A DNA stretch of 63,631 nucleotides, the filler included, from Stramenopiles sp. TOSAG23-2 (taxonomy: Eukaryota), in NCBI GenBank assembly GCA_900128395.1. It is 20 parts of 20 records of this genome, joined end to end, with 100 filler letters (N's around TTAATTAATTAA, not from the genome) between each part and the next. Parts side by side here need not be neighbours in the genome. Positions count along the whole stretch, not along the records: positions 1 to 3,218 come from LT651319.1; positions 3,319 to 6,534 come from LT651320.1; positions 6,635 to 9,841 come from LT651321.1; positions 9,942 to 13,147 come from LT651322.1; 16 more parts are not named here. One strand, given 5' to 3'. Of the stretch, positions 1 to 11,589 are shown in pieces. The position numbers were made by a program, and so were the translations under genes. Each line of letters begins with the position of its first letter. The first letter of the stretch is position 1. The notes beneath the pieces were generated by a model. That model saw only the letters and a list, made by a program, of their open reading frames with translations, was not told the DNA's origin and ran no database searches.

Positions 1-2489
1 TTTCCTGAACCACAGCTACTACATCCACGGTCAGAGCTGCTTGTGCCGTTCGTAGATATATACTGACCAGTGGAGCAATCAGACCATGGTTGACATTGGT
101 ACTGATTCCATGAAGGGTTATAGGTTCCCGTAGAGCATGCTGCGCATGTGTGATTGAATATTCCTGTCTTGTAAGAGCCTGGTGTGCAGTTCTGGGCGCA
201 TATAACGCCTTCATCAGGATTTTGGCGGGTGGTACATATTGCGTTGGTGTAGCCGTTGTCTTGACATTGATTCGAGTCATCATTGCATAGTTGAATATTG
301 TTATTTATGACCTTAACATCGTTCAGCACCGAGTTAATAATGTATATAGCAGCGTAAGTAGCTATATTACCACCTGTCAAATTTAAATTTTTTACTATCA
401 GTTTTGTGCCTACATTAACCCTGAATAAACCGTTTTCACCACCAGCGATAATATTAGGTAATGATTCATCAGCTTTCGTGATTCCATTAATCATTAAATA
501 GCCTGGTGAATAAATTTCGACTTCAGCAAGATTCAAATATCCCTCACTTGTCATACGCAACCGAATATATCGAGCCGAAGTAGAATTGCATATTTCTAAA
601 TACGGTCCATATGATGATGGCAATGTACCTGTGAAACACGTTGTCCAAGAGCTATCATCATTTGATGTTTCTATAACATGAGCACCAAACCGATCTTTAT
701 AGCCAGAATAACGATTCCAAATCTTGACAGCAGCAATTTCTGATGTAATACCCAGGTCAAATCTTATCCATGGTACCGAGGCTTGATCGGTATGACAATG
801 ATTGAAATAGTCACCATCATGGCAATTTATAGCATCATGTGAAGAATCGTAAACTGAAATCATGCTAGCACTTGCCACATCGATCTTTACACGAGAAACG
901 TCTATTTGATCATATAGATAACAATCATCAGATATATTTACGTTACCAATAAACGTAATGACAGGACATCGTGACTTGCATTGCATGCCTAGTTTTGCAT
1001 TCAAATTATCAACACATGTATGGTATAAAGAGTAATCATTGTCCACGCAATGAAAAAGTTTGGGAACAGCTTTCTCCGCAAGAAAAGACTCTTGGAAATA
1101 TGTATACTTTCCTAAATAAGTCCATCCATTTCCAGAACTGCAACCATTATGATACTTCTTACTCGCTCCAGAAAGGGCCGTTGTATAACATTGCTCTGAT
1201 AAATCACCTAGATCTCCTCCGGTTTTTGACATAAACGATGTGGATATACCACTGCCACCAACTCCATTGTTACTTCCTGAATCGAACGTAATACCTGTAA
1301 AACCTGAGGCGGATGTATCAGTACAAACATAATGTATTCCACTCCATTCCACGTAATAATCGTTTAGAAAGTACGATCCAAGTTGCCAAACGTCAGCCCA
1401 AACAGGAAAACCATAACGGGATCGATACACCGTATTAACAGAATCGCAGCCAACTTTTTTAAACTCTGCCGTCGCAACCTCTAATTTCGTAACGTCTTTT
1501 GAGCAGGTTGTCCACATTGCTGCACCATTATTTTCATAAAAAATATTATTGTCAGTTGCATCATTGAAATTTGTATTTACGATTGATATTGTTGGTGTGC
1601 CATCTGAATCATCTCTATTTGTAAATATTTCATGGCCTTGATTATTATTCGCGATATTTGATATAAATGATGTTTCACGAATAATTGTGTTTGTATTCAG
1701 ACTTAAATATAATCCACCACCACCATCAGTACTAGTTACACTTGATGTTGTGATTTGATTTTTGTTAATAACACATCGCGTTATATTTACATTTGATGGT
1801 CCTAAATTATTACTATTGGGTTTGCCATGTATAAAGAGACCTCCACCTTGATTAATAGCTTTATTATGACTAATTATTGTATCTTGTAACAATAAATCGC
1901 TATATTGCATATACATACCACCATAATAGCTACCACCATCGTTACTAGTTATATTACTACCATATATATGTCCTATACTTTTAGACATATGAATACCACC
2001 TGAATAAGAAGTAGCTTCATTATTTATAATTGAACTATTGTATATATCCATAATAATATTATAATTACCTGTTGCGTATATCCCACCACCAATTTGTGCT
2101 TTATTATTGTATAGTATAGTAAAACATAAATTCAATTCGCCACCGTTGGTATGTAATACAAGTATTGACCCACCAGCCTTAGCAGGATTAGAGCTCTCTC
2201 CACTAACATCCCCACCTTCTAATCTAATATAGCGTAAGGTTAATTTATGACTTGCGCCGTCTACTTTAAAATGTCGTTTGCCACTTGCCGCTGTTATTGT
2301 AATTAAATTATCCATATCCATATTACCACCCGTAATTTCCAACACACCTGTAAGCATAACATGGTCACTACCAGATATCGTACAGTCTGTTCCACGCGTA
2401 AAAGTACCGGTCGTATCACTTGAAGTGCAACCCCACTCCGTTGCTTGCACACCAGCAATACATAGTAATAACACAGTCATAACACCCAT
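1..2489 (-). CDS. Secreted mosaic surface protein (3'-truncated): signal peptide, Pmp/pectin-lyase-like beta-helix repeats, F-type lectin domain, Cys-rich repeats
   Basis: Absent from the ORF track because it runs off the window edge. Manual translation from ATG 2489 gives MGVMTVLLLCIAGVQATEWGCTSSDTTGTFTRG...; GG-hydrophobic repeats lie at about 1650-2180. The segment CHDGDYFNHCHTDQASVPWIRFDLGITSEIAAVKIWNRYSGYKDR...YLNLAEVEIY lies at about 510-830. The same frame ends ...NGTSSSDRGCSSCGSG at base 3. I checked the frame at the start, middle and end, not at every codon. Confidence 0.8.
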   Translation of the reverse strand, partial: MGVMTVLLLCIAGVQATEWGCTSSDTTGTFTRGTDCTISGSDHVMLTGVLEITGGNMDMDNLITITAASGKRHFKVDGASHKLTLRYIRLEGGDVSGESSNPAKAGGSILVLHTNGGELNLCFTILYNNKAQIGGGIYATGNYNIIMDIYNSSIINNEATSYSGGIHMSKSIGHIYGSNITSNDGGSYYGGMYMQYSDLLLQDTIISHNKAINQGGGLFIHGKPNSNNLGPSNVNITRCVINKNQITTSSVTSTDGGGGLYLSLNTNTIIRETSFISNIANNNQGHEIFTNRDDSDGTPTISIVNTNFNDATDNNIFYENNGAAMWTTCSKDVTKLEVATAEFKKVGCDSVNTVYRSRYGFPVWADVWQLGSYFLNDYYVEWSGIHYVCTDTSASGFTGITFDSGSNNGVGGSGISTSFMSKTGGDLGDLSEQCYTTALSGASKKYHNGCSSGNGWTYLGKYTYFQESFLAEKAVPKLFHCVDNDYSLYHTCVDNLNAKLGMQCKSRCPVITFIGNVNISDDCYLYDQIDVSRVKIDVASASMISVYDSSHDAINCHDGDYFNHCHTDQASVPWIRFDLGITSEIAAVKIWNRYSGYKDRFGAHVIETSNDDSSWTTCFTGTLPSSYGPYLEICNSTSARYIRLRMTSEGYLNLAEVEIYSPGYLMINGITKADESLPNIIAGGENGLFRVNVGTKLIVKNLNLTGGNIATYAAIYIINSVLNDVKVINNNIQLCNDDSNQCQDNGYTNAICTTRQNPDEGVICAQNCTPGSYKTGIFNHTCAACSTGTYNPSWNQYQCQPWSDCSTGQYISTNGTSSSDRGCSSCGSG

Positions 2490-3218
2490 ATCTTTTTCAT
2501 CCGAGCACTTAAAAAATACTAAAGAAAAACCTACGATATCCAACAAGCCAAAGAATGTTGCACAGGCAATATAACTCGTTAGAAACTTTTCTATTTCCTC
2601 CTATCGTTTTTAATAGACCAGGAGCTGCTCAGAACAATATACCACACAAAGTTGAAATTTCTTACGAGCCGGTTATCCTTATTTATAAGCTATTTAAATA
2701 TTCTGTCAAATATGTCTATAACAATATATAAAAAAAGTCAGATTTTGAATACAGAAGATAATTTCAACGCAGAAAGCGTTCTATATCACTTCTCTGACCC
2801 GGTGACAATACCTCCAAAAAAATACCCAACACCCGTTGAAACCTCTAATTTAATCACGTCGTTTACTACCCTTTTAGAAAAATATTCAACACCTTCAACG
2901 AAATTACCAACGCTTAAACCAACACGAGTTCGACCACAATCGACCACACCAGCCGCACTTTCCAATCAATAATTTGCTCGCACTAAATTGCCACACACCT
3001 GTCTATCTTTTTATACCGCCGTTGAACTCTCTCAACACGTCCTAGAAAAGGGTCTATACAGAGTTTATATGATCGGGACTCTCAACGCCGATACCCAACA
3101 CCATATATAATAAATATACCGCGCAAATAAAAACTAACACCAGAAAATGATTTCTACACACTGATAAATGAATCCTAAACACGTAAACAATGTCAAACTT
3201 GTTTAGAAAACCTTTCTA

Positions 3219-3318
3219 NNNNNNNNNNNNNNNNNNNNNNNNNNNNNNNNNNNNNNNNNNNNTTAATTAATTAANNNNNNNNNNNNNNNNNNNNNNNNNN
3301 NNNNNNNNNNNNNNNNNN
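3219..3318. other. Artificial contig-joining spacer (first of 19)
   Basis: 44 N + TTAATTAATTAA (stops in all six frames) + 44 N. Identical spacers start at 6535, 9842, 13148, 16453, 19757, 23057, 26355, 29651, 32947, 36241, 39533, 42820, 46100, 49378, 52655, 55930, 59205 and 62479. Confidence 0.99.
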
Positions 3319-3324
3319 AATCAT

Positions 3325-3355
<31 letters not shown>

Positions 3356-4093
3356 TATTTTGTATATGTGTGTAATACACTAGTATTTCTTTTTCTTTGA
3401 TTTATATTACTTGAAAATATACTTTTACTATTTGTTAAAGTCGTTTTTCGTATGTTGAATCTTTGCATTGATTATGTGATGTATGTGTATATTATTATCT
3501 ACATATATATAGATCTTATTATTATTATAAGATCGTATATGATGTGTAGTAGTATATGTGTGATGAGTTGTGTCAACAATGCCTGGAATGTGTGGATATC
3601 TTTCAGACGCTTGAATCTTTTGCTGTGTCAATGCTATTAATTAGCATGCACATAGAATTGAAAATGGATGGAAAATTGGGATATAGAAATAATTTATCAC
3701 TAACAAGTATAAGCTTCCTATCAAAAGGCAAAAATGATTTTATATAGATTCCCCCCACTATGCACATGCTAATACAATAGTATCGAGATAGCACTCACAT
3801 GATGGATATCCTTTGCTATGTACCTGCTAATTGACACAGCAATGGATACAAGCGTCAAAATGTCCAATCCTGTGTAATGTTAATTTAGTAAATAAATAAA
3901 TTTAAATAATTATAAAATTATTCGTTGTCTGTTAAAATTTATTTACCGTATCTAAAAAACACCAACACTTGCACACTTCAACATTTTTGTGTCCATAAAG
4001 ATATAGCAGTATACCTATTAGTTCTAGAATAGTATTAGTTTTTTTTAATTTATACACAACAACGTGTAAATATATACCCAATGTATATCACTT

Positions 4094-4741
4094 TCAAATA
4101 AATACATGGAACAACGACATGAAGCTACTTAACCATCCATCTTTTTCATCAGTAGGAGCACCCTTTACACGCAAACCACTACAACCACGTTGCACATAAC
4201 TAGCATCATCTGAACAACGTGAACCCACTTGTTTGCACCACAGCGTTCCTTTCATATCTGCGGCAGCAGATGCCCATTCTTTGTTATTGATATCTGAAAT
4301 AAATGAACCAAAGGACCTAAAACCGCCAACACCTAGGTTAAAAGTCATATCCACCATAACATTTTGTACACCACAGCATAAACTATCAAAACTTGATACC
4401 ACGCTGCGTGCTCCGGAGATAGAGGAACCAATTGTTTTAGAGAAAATAACATTCACTTGTGATTGTGTTAAACAACTTTTTCCAGAATAAATGTTGTCAA
4501 AATTTGCTCCTACGGATTCAATCATTTCTTTTGCACCACCCTGATCCAGGTTATACCCAATGCCAATTGTTTTATGCCCCGTTGTATCAACGTAGACACA
4601 TAATTTATCCCCTTCATGCTTTGCAACTAAATTCCTTAAAGATGCTGTACAGGACTGCGCATTGGAAAATGTTAAAACACAAGCAGAAATAATTGCTACA
4701 ATAAAAAATATTTTTTGTAATGTCATTTGTAAATATCTCAT
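4094..4741 (-). CDS. Secreted phage-type (T4-like, GH24) lysozyme
   Basis: HEGDKLCVYVDTTGHKTIGIGYNL carries the E-x8-D-x5-T triad of T4 lysozyme. MTFNLGVGG...KEWASAAADMKGTLWCKQVGSR matches the T4L C-lobe. Signal peptide is IFFIVAIISACVLTFSNA. The start is ATG 4741 or 4726. Confidence 0.9.
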   Translation of the reverse strand: MRYLQMTLQKIFFIVAIISACVLTFSNAQSCTASLRNLVAKHEGDKLCVYVDTTGHKTIGIGYNLDQGGAKEMIESVGANFDNIYSGKSCLTQSQVNVIFSKTIGSSISGARSVVSSFDSLCCGVQNVMVDMTFNLGVGGFRSFGSFISDINNKEWASAAADMKGTLWCKQVGSRCSDDASYVQRGCSGLRVKGAPTDEKDGWLSSFMSLFHVFI

Positions 4742-6867
4742 CTGTTCTTTTTGGTGTGTTGTAATTATTACTTCTTTTGATATCGTATGTATCAATATAA
4801 TTTAATTATTGTTATGAGGATAATTTATATATATGTTAATTAATGTTAATATAGGTTTTTGGGTTCTTCTGTGATTTTTTTATCACTTTTTTTACTACCA
4901 ATACCAAAAAATTACAGGTACCTGGTAAAATATATAAAAAGTAAAAAAAAAAAAAAAGAAGTTGTGTGCTTGTTCTTCTTTTTATTCTATATTATTATTA
5001 TACTACTACTACTACTACTTGTACATTCTAGGCAATTTTAAATGCTACTACCAGGTAATATCTTCTTCGTATTCTAATATTGTAATTCTAATAGCTAATA
5101 GCTTCTTATAGTGGCTAACCTTAAAAATCAGTATACTATTGCTGTAGGAAGCTTTCTATACACACTTTTTTTTAATTTTTTTGGCCTACTATACTGTACT
5201 GTACTCTGTCCTAGTCTGTCTATACTATAGCTCTACTTGTTCATACGCAAGGAGAAAAAAGCCAAATCCCCCATACTTTTATAGTTGCTGTGTTCATGCT
5301 AATTAAATAACACTATACAGTATGGGAAAATGTGACGAATTAAAAAAATTTTGCAACAAAAGCGAAGTTGTAAATCTATCAATAATAATAATACTATATC
5401 GATATATACCCATCACAAAAGAAAAGATTTTTGTTATATACATATATACATTCGTTCATTACCTTTACTGAATAGAAAAAGAATTCATTAATGAAAGACA
5501 AACAGCAATCGTTGTTTATTATATGTAAAAAATTATCATATTATAAAGATTGAAAAGATCATTCATAAATTTTATTTATATATATATATATATAATAATA
5601 AGACTTTTATATTATACATCATATATTATATACATCAATACGTACAACTAGACCCGAACATTTGACGAGCGTTAGATGCGCGTGATAATGACCTACCGTT
5701 ACATGCCTATTAACGAAATACACTTGCAGCCTTTTTCTCATGTAAATTGATCATATATTGGTGGATATACTTAAAATGGATGGTATATAACGTAAGGGTT
5801 GGTACAAAGGGGAATTAAAATCATCTATGATGGTAGTGAAATCTTTTTTTAAACCAGTTTTTCATGCTGATTCAGAAAATCAAGGTTACGATAATATCAC
5901 GAATCTTTATCATAGTTTTTAGGGACATTTTTTATGAGATTCGAAATCACTATTTTATTGGAATTAGACATTATATTACAGTAATTACTAGTAAGATGGA
6001 CCAGTAGTACAAATATGAATGCTACGGAAAGTAAGTGGGTATACCAGATCTTTAACAAGTTCGAATTCATGGTGTTAACATTTTTTCTAGATCACAATTG
6101 CATGATAATTTCAAAAATGTAAGATATTTGGCATAATTTTAAGAATTGGTGAAGCTACAAGAGTATTTTAACTGGAGAAAGGATTTTAAAATGAAACGGA
6201 CTTATAGCCTTTTTATCATGCTTATTGATTCAATGGAGATAAAAATAGTAGAAAATTTTAAGTACATAATATTTTTGCTTTACTTCTCTTCTAATTTTTT
6301 ATTTTTTATTCCTTCTACTATTGCCATCATTTGTATCATCTCTTCCCCTTTTAATGGCGGTAATGGTAAAAAAATTGAAAAAAAAAACAAAAATTGAAAA
6401 AAAAAAAAACTGTCTGACAAACCGTGTAAATATTTTTTCAAAACAGAGGTGTAATAATATAAAACTATTTGAGAGACCGAATTACACCGTTTATAAAGGT
6501 TTAGGGTGATTTTTTTCTCAAATCGCTTCGGCCANNNNNNNNNNNNNNNNNNNNNNNNNNNNNNNNNNNNNNNNNNNNTTAATTAATTAANNNNNNNNNN
6601 NNNNNNNNNNNNNNNNNNNNNNNNNNNNNNNNNNTACATATTTTTGTTAGAGTACTTAAAACTATAGTATGGAGATTTTTTGTTATTTTCTATAGTAATG
6701 ATAATTGTCCCTATGAAGTTTTTTTAATATATGGAAATAGCATTACGAAATTAACATGGATTGGCGCCTTTCAACATTTTACTTGTGAAAATTGTGTTTT
6801 TCTGCCATGTTTTCCCTTTTTCCTTTCCTATCATATTTATACTTAATATGATACTTTTCATATACTG

Positions 6868-7053
6868 AGTAGATTTGTAGTGTTTGATATATTTGATAGG
6901 CCAAATTAGGTATTTTTTGTACTTGAAAGTGAAAATTGTTTTTTGGAAAAAAATATGTTTTGTATTTTTTACAACTTATTTATATACGAAGGTAAGTAGA
7001 TTTGTAGTGTTTGATATATTTGATAGGCCAAATTAGGTATTTTTTGTACTTGA
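6868..7053 (+). repeat. 59-bp direct repeat (6868-6926 and 6995-7053)
   Basis: agtagatttgtagtgtttgatatatttgataggccaaattaggtattttttgtacttga occurs twice. Confidence 0.9.
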
Positions 7054-7846
7054 GAGGGCATTGAAATAAAAAAAATTATTTTTTTTAGCGTTTTTGATAG
7101 GAAGAATCTATTTTATTTATATACTGTAATAAGTAAAATAAATGGCCCCAATAATCCGCTGTAGAAAATCTCTCTGAGAAAATGAATCTTCTTTTTGAGC
7201 AACTCAGCAACTTAAGGTATAGTACATACATCTTAACTGCAAATTTAGCATAGTTACTCCAAATTAAGTTATGCTAGTTACTACTGTATTTCAGTCGCTA
7301 CGTCATTTCGGCAAGCTTGACGAGTAATAAATAAGTATTTTATATATATATAAATCTTCCTTAAAATTTACATCGTTTCCACACATCCATCCGATTAACT
7401 TTAACATTGTTATTAGATGAATGGTTTTCATATTAACCGTACTCATATATGTTTAATATTAAGGTGTCTATATTGCACCTCGGAGCACCACAAAATATTA
7501 TTAATTTTACGCATAGCAGTTGCCATACACACAATAAATTAACACTAATAACAATGGAAAATAAATAGATTGATTTTTACCACCAGTTTACATCATCATA
7601 CCTGGTATATATATATAGAATATATTGTTAGATAAAATAATAAAAAATGGGATTGGATTTATCAAAATAGAAGAGTTGACGAATATAATTTAGAAAAAAA
7701 AGCAATTTGTTTCATTTATATAAATATTAAATAAAATTTATAAACCTTCTGTCGCTGTGTGTTCTAAATATCTATATTTATAGAGCATCATTCAATATAT
7801 TATTATTATTATTAAAAAATAACAACAATTATTTACATAATCAAAC

Positions 7847-9835
7847 ATGCAAGAAAGTGAGTCAATAACTGGTACCTTACAAGATAAACTAATGTTTAAC
7901 TTAATAGGTAACCAAGTCATTTACAATATATCATGGGAAGATCCACGCATTGACCGTGCGTTGTTAAAATTGGGACCAGATGACGTAATGATGATGTTAA
8001 CATCTGCTGGCTGCAATGTATTGGATTATCTTCTAGAAGGTCCAAAAAAAATTGTTGCGGTTGATTTGAACCCACGACAAAATGCATTATTATCCATTAA
8101 ACTTGCGGCTATCAAAGAGTTAGAATATGAGGATTTCTTTACTTTATTTGCTAAAGGTGATGTAGAATTATTTAATCGAGTGTACCAATCTAAATTGAGA
8201 CAACATTTGAACGAAGATTCAAGGCAGTTCTTTGATGCTAGTGGTTCTCATTTTTTCACACAAATCATGTGGAGAGGTATGTCAGGACGTGCAGCACAAA
8301 ACTTAGTACGCATTTCTTCCCTTCTAGGATTAGGCGGTTTTATCGAAGCGTTAAAAGATTGTAGAAACATGGCAGAACAACGTGAATTATGGGGACAATA
8401 TAAAGGTCGATTGCATACATATGCAAGTGTCGTGAACTCCACCAGACGTGTATGGGCACCATTTATCGGTGTCCCAGATTCCCAATTATCATTATACGAA
8501 GGCAATATCGTTCAAAAATTAATGGATCATATCTTTGAAAATACATTTATCGCTGGTGATAATTATTTTTACTATGGTTATTTTTATGGCCAATTTACGA
8601 AAGAATGTAGTCCAAGATATTTGAAAGAGGAATATTTCAGCACATTGCAAAAATACGTTGACCGGGTAGAGGTACGCACCGGTACATTGCAACAAGTAGC
8701 AGAAACATACCCAGACAATACGTTCACACGTTATGTATTGTTAGATCATCAAGATTGGTTAAGCACCGAAGCAATTTTAGAGGAATGGGAAGTTTTTGCG
8801 AAAAAATGTAAACGTGGTGAAGCACATGTTTTATGGCGTTCCTTTGCAAATTATCAACATATTGGACCATTGAAATTTTTAGATTTCGTCGACAATGTCC
8901 AAGAAGTGGAAGCTGCATATCCAGATCGCGTTGCAATGTACAATTCATGCCATTATGCACGCATTCCAGATTTAAATGAAGGTTTCAATATTGTGAAACG
9001 TACACCATTTAAACCAAAAGCAAGTATTTGTGACGATGCAAATGTGTTATTTGCTAATTTTGTACACCCTATTTCCGGTTCCAGCCATCAAGAAAAGTTA
9101 GAATCGTTTTATCGTGGCCAAGCATCATCCTATGACGTCTTCCGTCATCGATTTTTACATGGTCGCAAATTGATGTTGGAAAACATGCCAACGCCACCAG
9201 GTGGTGTATGGGTTGATTTAGGTGGTGGCACAGCAGCGAATTTGGAGGATTTGAAAGAAAGCATGTTTTTATTTAAACAAGTAGTTGTACTTGATTTATG
9301 CCGACCATTGATTGATGTTGCACGTAAACGTGTGGAGGAAAATAATTGGAACAACGTATCCCTCGTCGTTGGTGATGCATGCGATACATCGGAAATGTCC
9401 AATTTAACAGGACAAGTTGATGTCGTAACGTTTTCGTACTCATTGACCATGATACCAGACTGGCGCGCAGCACTTGATAATGCAATGAGATTATTGAAAC
9501 CAGGTGGTTATATATGCATTGCTGATTTTACAGTAACAAATGAACATTCATGGTTTACACGTAAATTCTGGAAAACCGTCTTTGCAAATGACAATGTCCA
9601 TCCAAATGAAGAACATATACCAACATTGAAATCAATGTTCAAAGAAGTGAATTGTAAAGTTTCTGCTGGAGGATTCCCATACGTTCCAATGTGCATTAAA
9701 TCGCCATATTACTTCTTCGTTGGGCAAAAAGAAGATGATGGATCTGTAAGAATGTCTTCTGATAGTATTAGTAGCAATGGTAGTTCAAACGGAAGAAATG
9801 GATACTGCAATAAGTGCGGAGCGAGAAAGGTTTGA
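7847..9835 (+). CDS. BTA1: Betaine lipid (DGTS) synthase, BtaA (DUF3419)-BtaB methyltransferase fusion
   Basis: The N-half has BtaA motifs YNISWEDPRID, LTSAGCNVL, VDLNPRQNALL and LLDHQDW. The C-half has BtaB motifs LESFYRGQASSYDVFRHRFLHGR, WVDLGGGT and FSYSLTMIPDW. Confidence 0.9.
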   Translation: MQESESITGTLQDKLMFNLIGNQVIYNISWEDPRIDRALLKLGPDDVMMMLTSAGCNVLDYLLEGPKKIVAVDLNPRQNALLSIKLAAIKELEYEDFFTLFAKGDVELFNRVYQSKLRQHLNEDSRQFFDASGSHFFTQIMWRGMSGRAAQNLVRISSLLGLGGFIEALKDCRNMAEQRELWGQYKGRLHTYASVVNSTRRVWAPFIGVPDSQLSLYEGNIVQKLMDHIFENTFIAGDNYFYYGYFYGQFTKECSPRYLKEEYFSTLQKYVDRVEVRTGTLQQVAETYPDNTFTRYVLLDHQDWLSTEAILEEWEVFAKKCKRGEAHVLWRSFANYQHIGPLKFLDFVDNVQEVEAAYPDRVAMYNSCHYARIPDLNEGFNIVKRTPFKPKASICDDANVLFANFVHPISGSSHQEKLESFYRGQASSYDVFRHRFLHGRKLMLENMPTPPGGVWVDLGGGTAANLEDLKESMFLFKQVVVLDLCRPLIDVARKRVEENNWNNVSLVVGDACDTSEMSNLTGQVDVVTFSYSLTMIPDWRAALDNAMRLLKPGGYICIADFTVTNEHSWFTRKFWKTVFANDNVHPNEEHIPTLKSMFKEVNCKVSAGGFPYVPMCIKSPYYFFVGQKEDDGSVRMSSDSISSNGSSNGRNGYCNKCGARKV

Positions 9836-10704
9836 AACATTNNNNNNNNNNNNNNNNNNNNNNNNNNNNNNNNNNNNNNNNNNNNTTAATTAATTAANNN
9901 NNNNNNNNNNNNNNNNNNNNNNNNNNNNNNNNNNNNNNNNNTCGTGGAGCAAAGCGTATCTCGTATATTAATTTATTCTCCGCCTTCCTGCGATATCCGT
10001 TTTTCTGTATATGTAGTTTGTACGTTCGAAAAAATATAATTGTAATATTATTATATTATATTATATATATATAAATGTAATGCATACGCGTGTATATATT
10101 TATTATGATATAAACTAGGAGTTTTATGCGTAAATTATTACGTATATAATTAGGAGTAACATATATATGTGTTTTTCTCTTACTCCTATTTATATATATA
10201 TAATATTATACGAGTCTTATATATTAATAGATTTTAATTTTACGGCGCAATAATTTATTTTTTTTTTATTTTTACTCATGATAATTCCTACACTCTTCAC
10301 TCTTCAAAAGAATACAATAACCGAGGCAGTAAAATCTTTCATAGTAATGTAAAGGAACAGTTTCTTTTTAGTGAAAATAGCTCTACACACACAAATTTAT
10401 CAACTGCTAATGGGACACTATTGTTTGAATTAGAGTTAGATCACGTGCATTTTCATGGGGCTTCTTTTAATATAAAAATTCAATTATTTACTATATATAT
10501 CATATATCAGTTTTTATGACGAATTGAGACGAATTAGGGATAGATAAGTTCGAGTACAAATTATATATATTATTATTTTTTAAAAAATATATTACACGAG
10601 AAGCGTATTCCGTATCTAAATACTTAAATTTTAAACATCATCATATCTCTCCTTTTTTATTTTTCAGAAAAAGATACGCAGAAAAATACCGGCAGGCATG
10701 TAAA

Positions 10705-11589
10705 TTAATCCTCTCCCAATCTCCAATTTTTTACACCAATTTCTAATGCTAGTTTTTCGATAATATCTCCTACCATTTCTATTCTTTCTTTTTTCGTTTT
10801 TCTTACATTAGTTGTTTTGTTTTTTGTCGATGTATCTATACCTTTTATATTTTCTAAAAATAATTTACAATCGTCTGCTCGTAATCTTTTTTTTTCTACT
10901 AAGAAAAATTGCATAATAGAGAATAGTTCCTTTGCAGCTTGTGATACTTTTAATTGCTCTGTTTTCGCGGCATCAACTGCTTCTTTTCTCTCTATTTGTA
11001 ATTTCAGATTAATGCGGTTTAATTGTATTATTTTTTCCTTGCATGTCGTCAATGCAACTTCCAATCTTTCCTTCATTTTTAAATATCGATGCCTTGTCAG
11101 ATTATCATGAATTATAAGCATTCCACAAATTTTTTCGTTACCCACATTGATTGCTATTTCCAACGCTTTTTTATTGTATTTGTTTCTCACATCGCAATTT
11201 AAAGTTGGTGCTTGAAGCAAAGCTTTAATTGCTGCTTGTGATTGAAATAAACACGCAGAAATTAAAGGTGTGTTGCCTTCAAAGCATTTAACATTTACAT
11301 CTGCACCATGTTTAATTAAATATTGTATAGAAATTATATCGTTTTGTTCACATGATAAATGCAATGGACTTTTCCCATTTTGAATACTTTGTGTATTTGG
11401 ATTTGCACCCAACACCAACAAATATTTTAAAACCTCTATCGATTTATTTTCAGCAGCTACGATTACACACTCAGAAAGTATATCCATATCATTGATGCCA
11501 TTTGACGTTGATCGAAAGGCAAATACGTCATTTTTAGATGCTGCTTCTAATAAAATATTCTTCCTGTTTTCTTTTACTCGATGTAACAT
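10705..11589 (-). CDS. Ankyrin-repeat protein with C-terminal coiled coil
   Basis: Ankyrin consensus in GKSPLHLSCEQNDIISIQYLIKHGADVN and GNTPLISAC. First ATG is at 11589; the track uses TTG 11643. Confidence 0.8.
   Translation of the reverse strand: MLHRVKENRKNILLEAASKNDVFAFRSTSNGINDMDILSECVIVAAENKSIEVLKYLLVLGANPNTQSIQNGKSPLHLSCEQNDIISIQYLIKHGADVNVKCFEGNTPLISACLFQSQAAIKALLQAPTLNCDVRNKYNKKALEIAINVGNEKICGMLIIHDNLTRHRYLKMKERLEVALTTCKEKIIQLNRINLKLQIERKEAVDAAKTEQLKVSQAAKELFSIMQFFLVEKKRLRADDCKLFLENIKGIDTSTKNKTTNVRKTKKERIEMVGDIIEKLALEIGVKNWRLGED

Noticed and set aside
2652-2972. 106-aa Thr/Pro-rich ORF
   Set aside because: TTG start, no motifs, and it lies in the upstream region of the minus-strand gene; likely spurious.
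5640-6260. Coding-like composition downstream of a TA microsatellite
   Set aside because: Frequent stops and no recognisable motif. It may be a decayed gene, but I cannot support a call.
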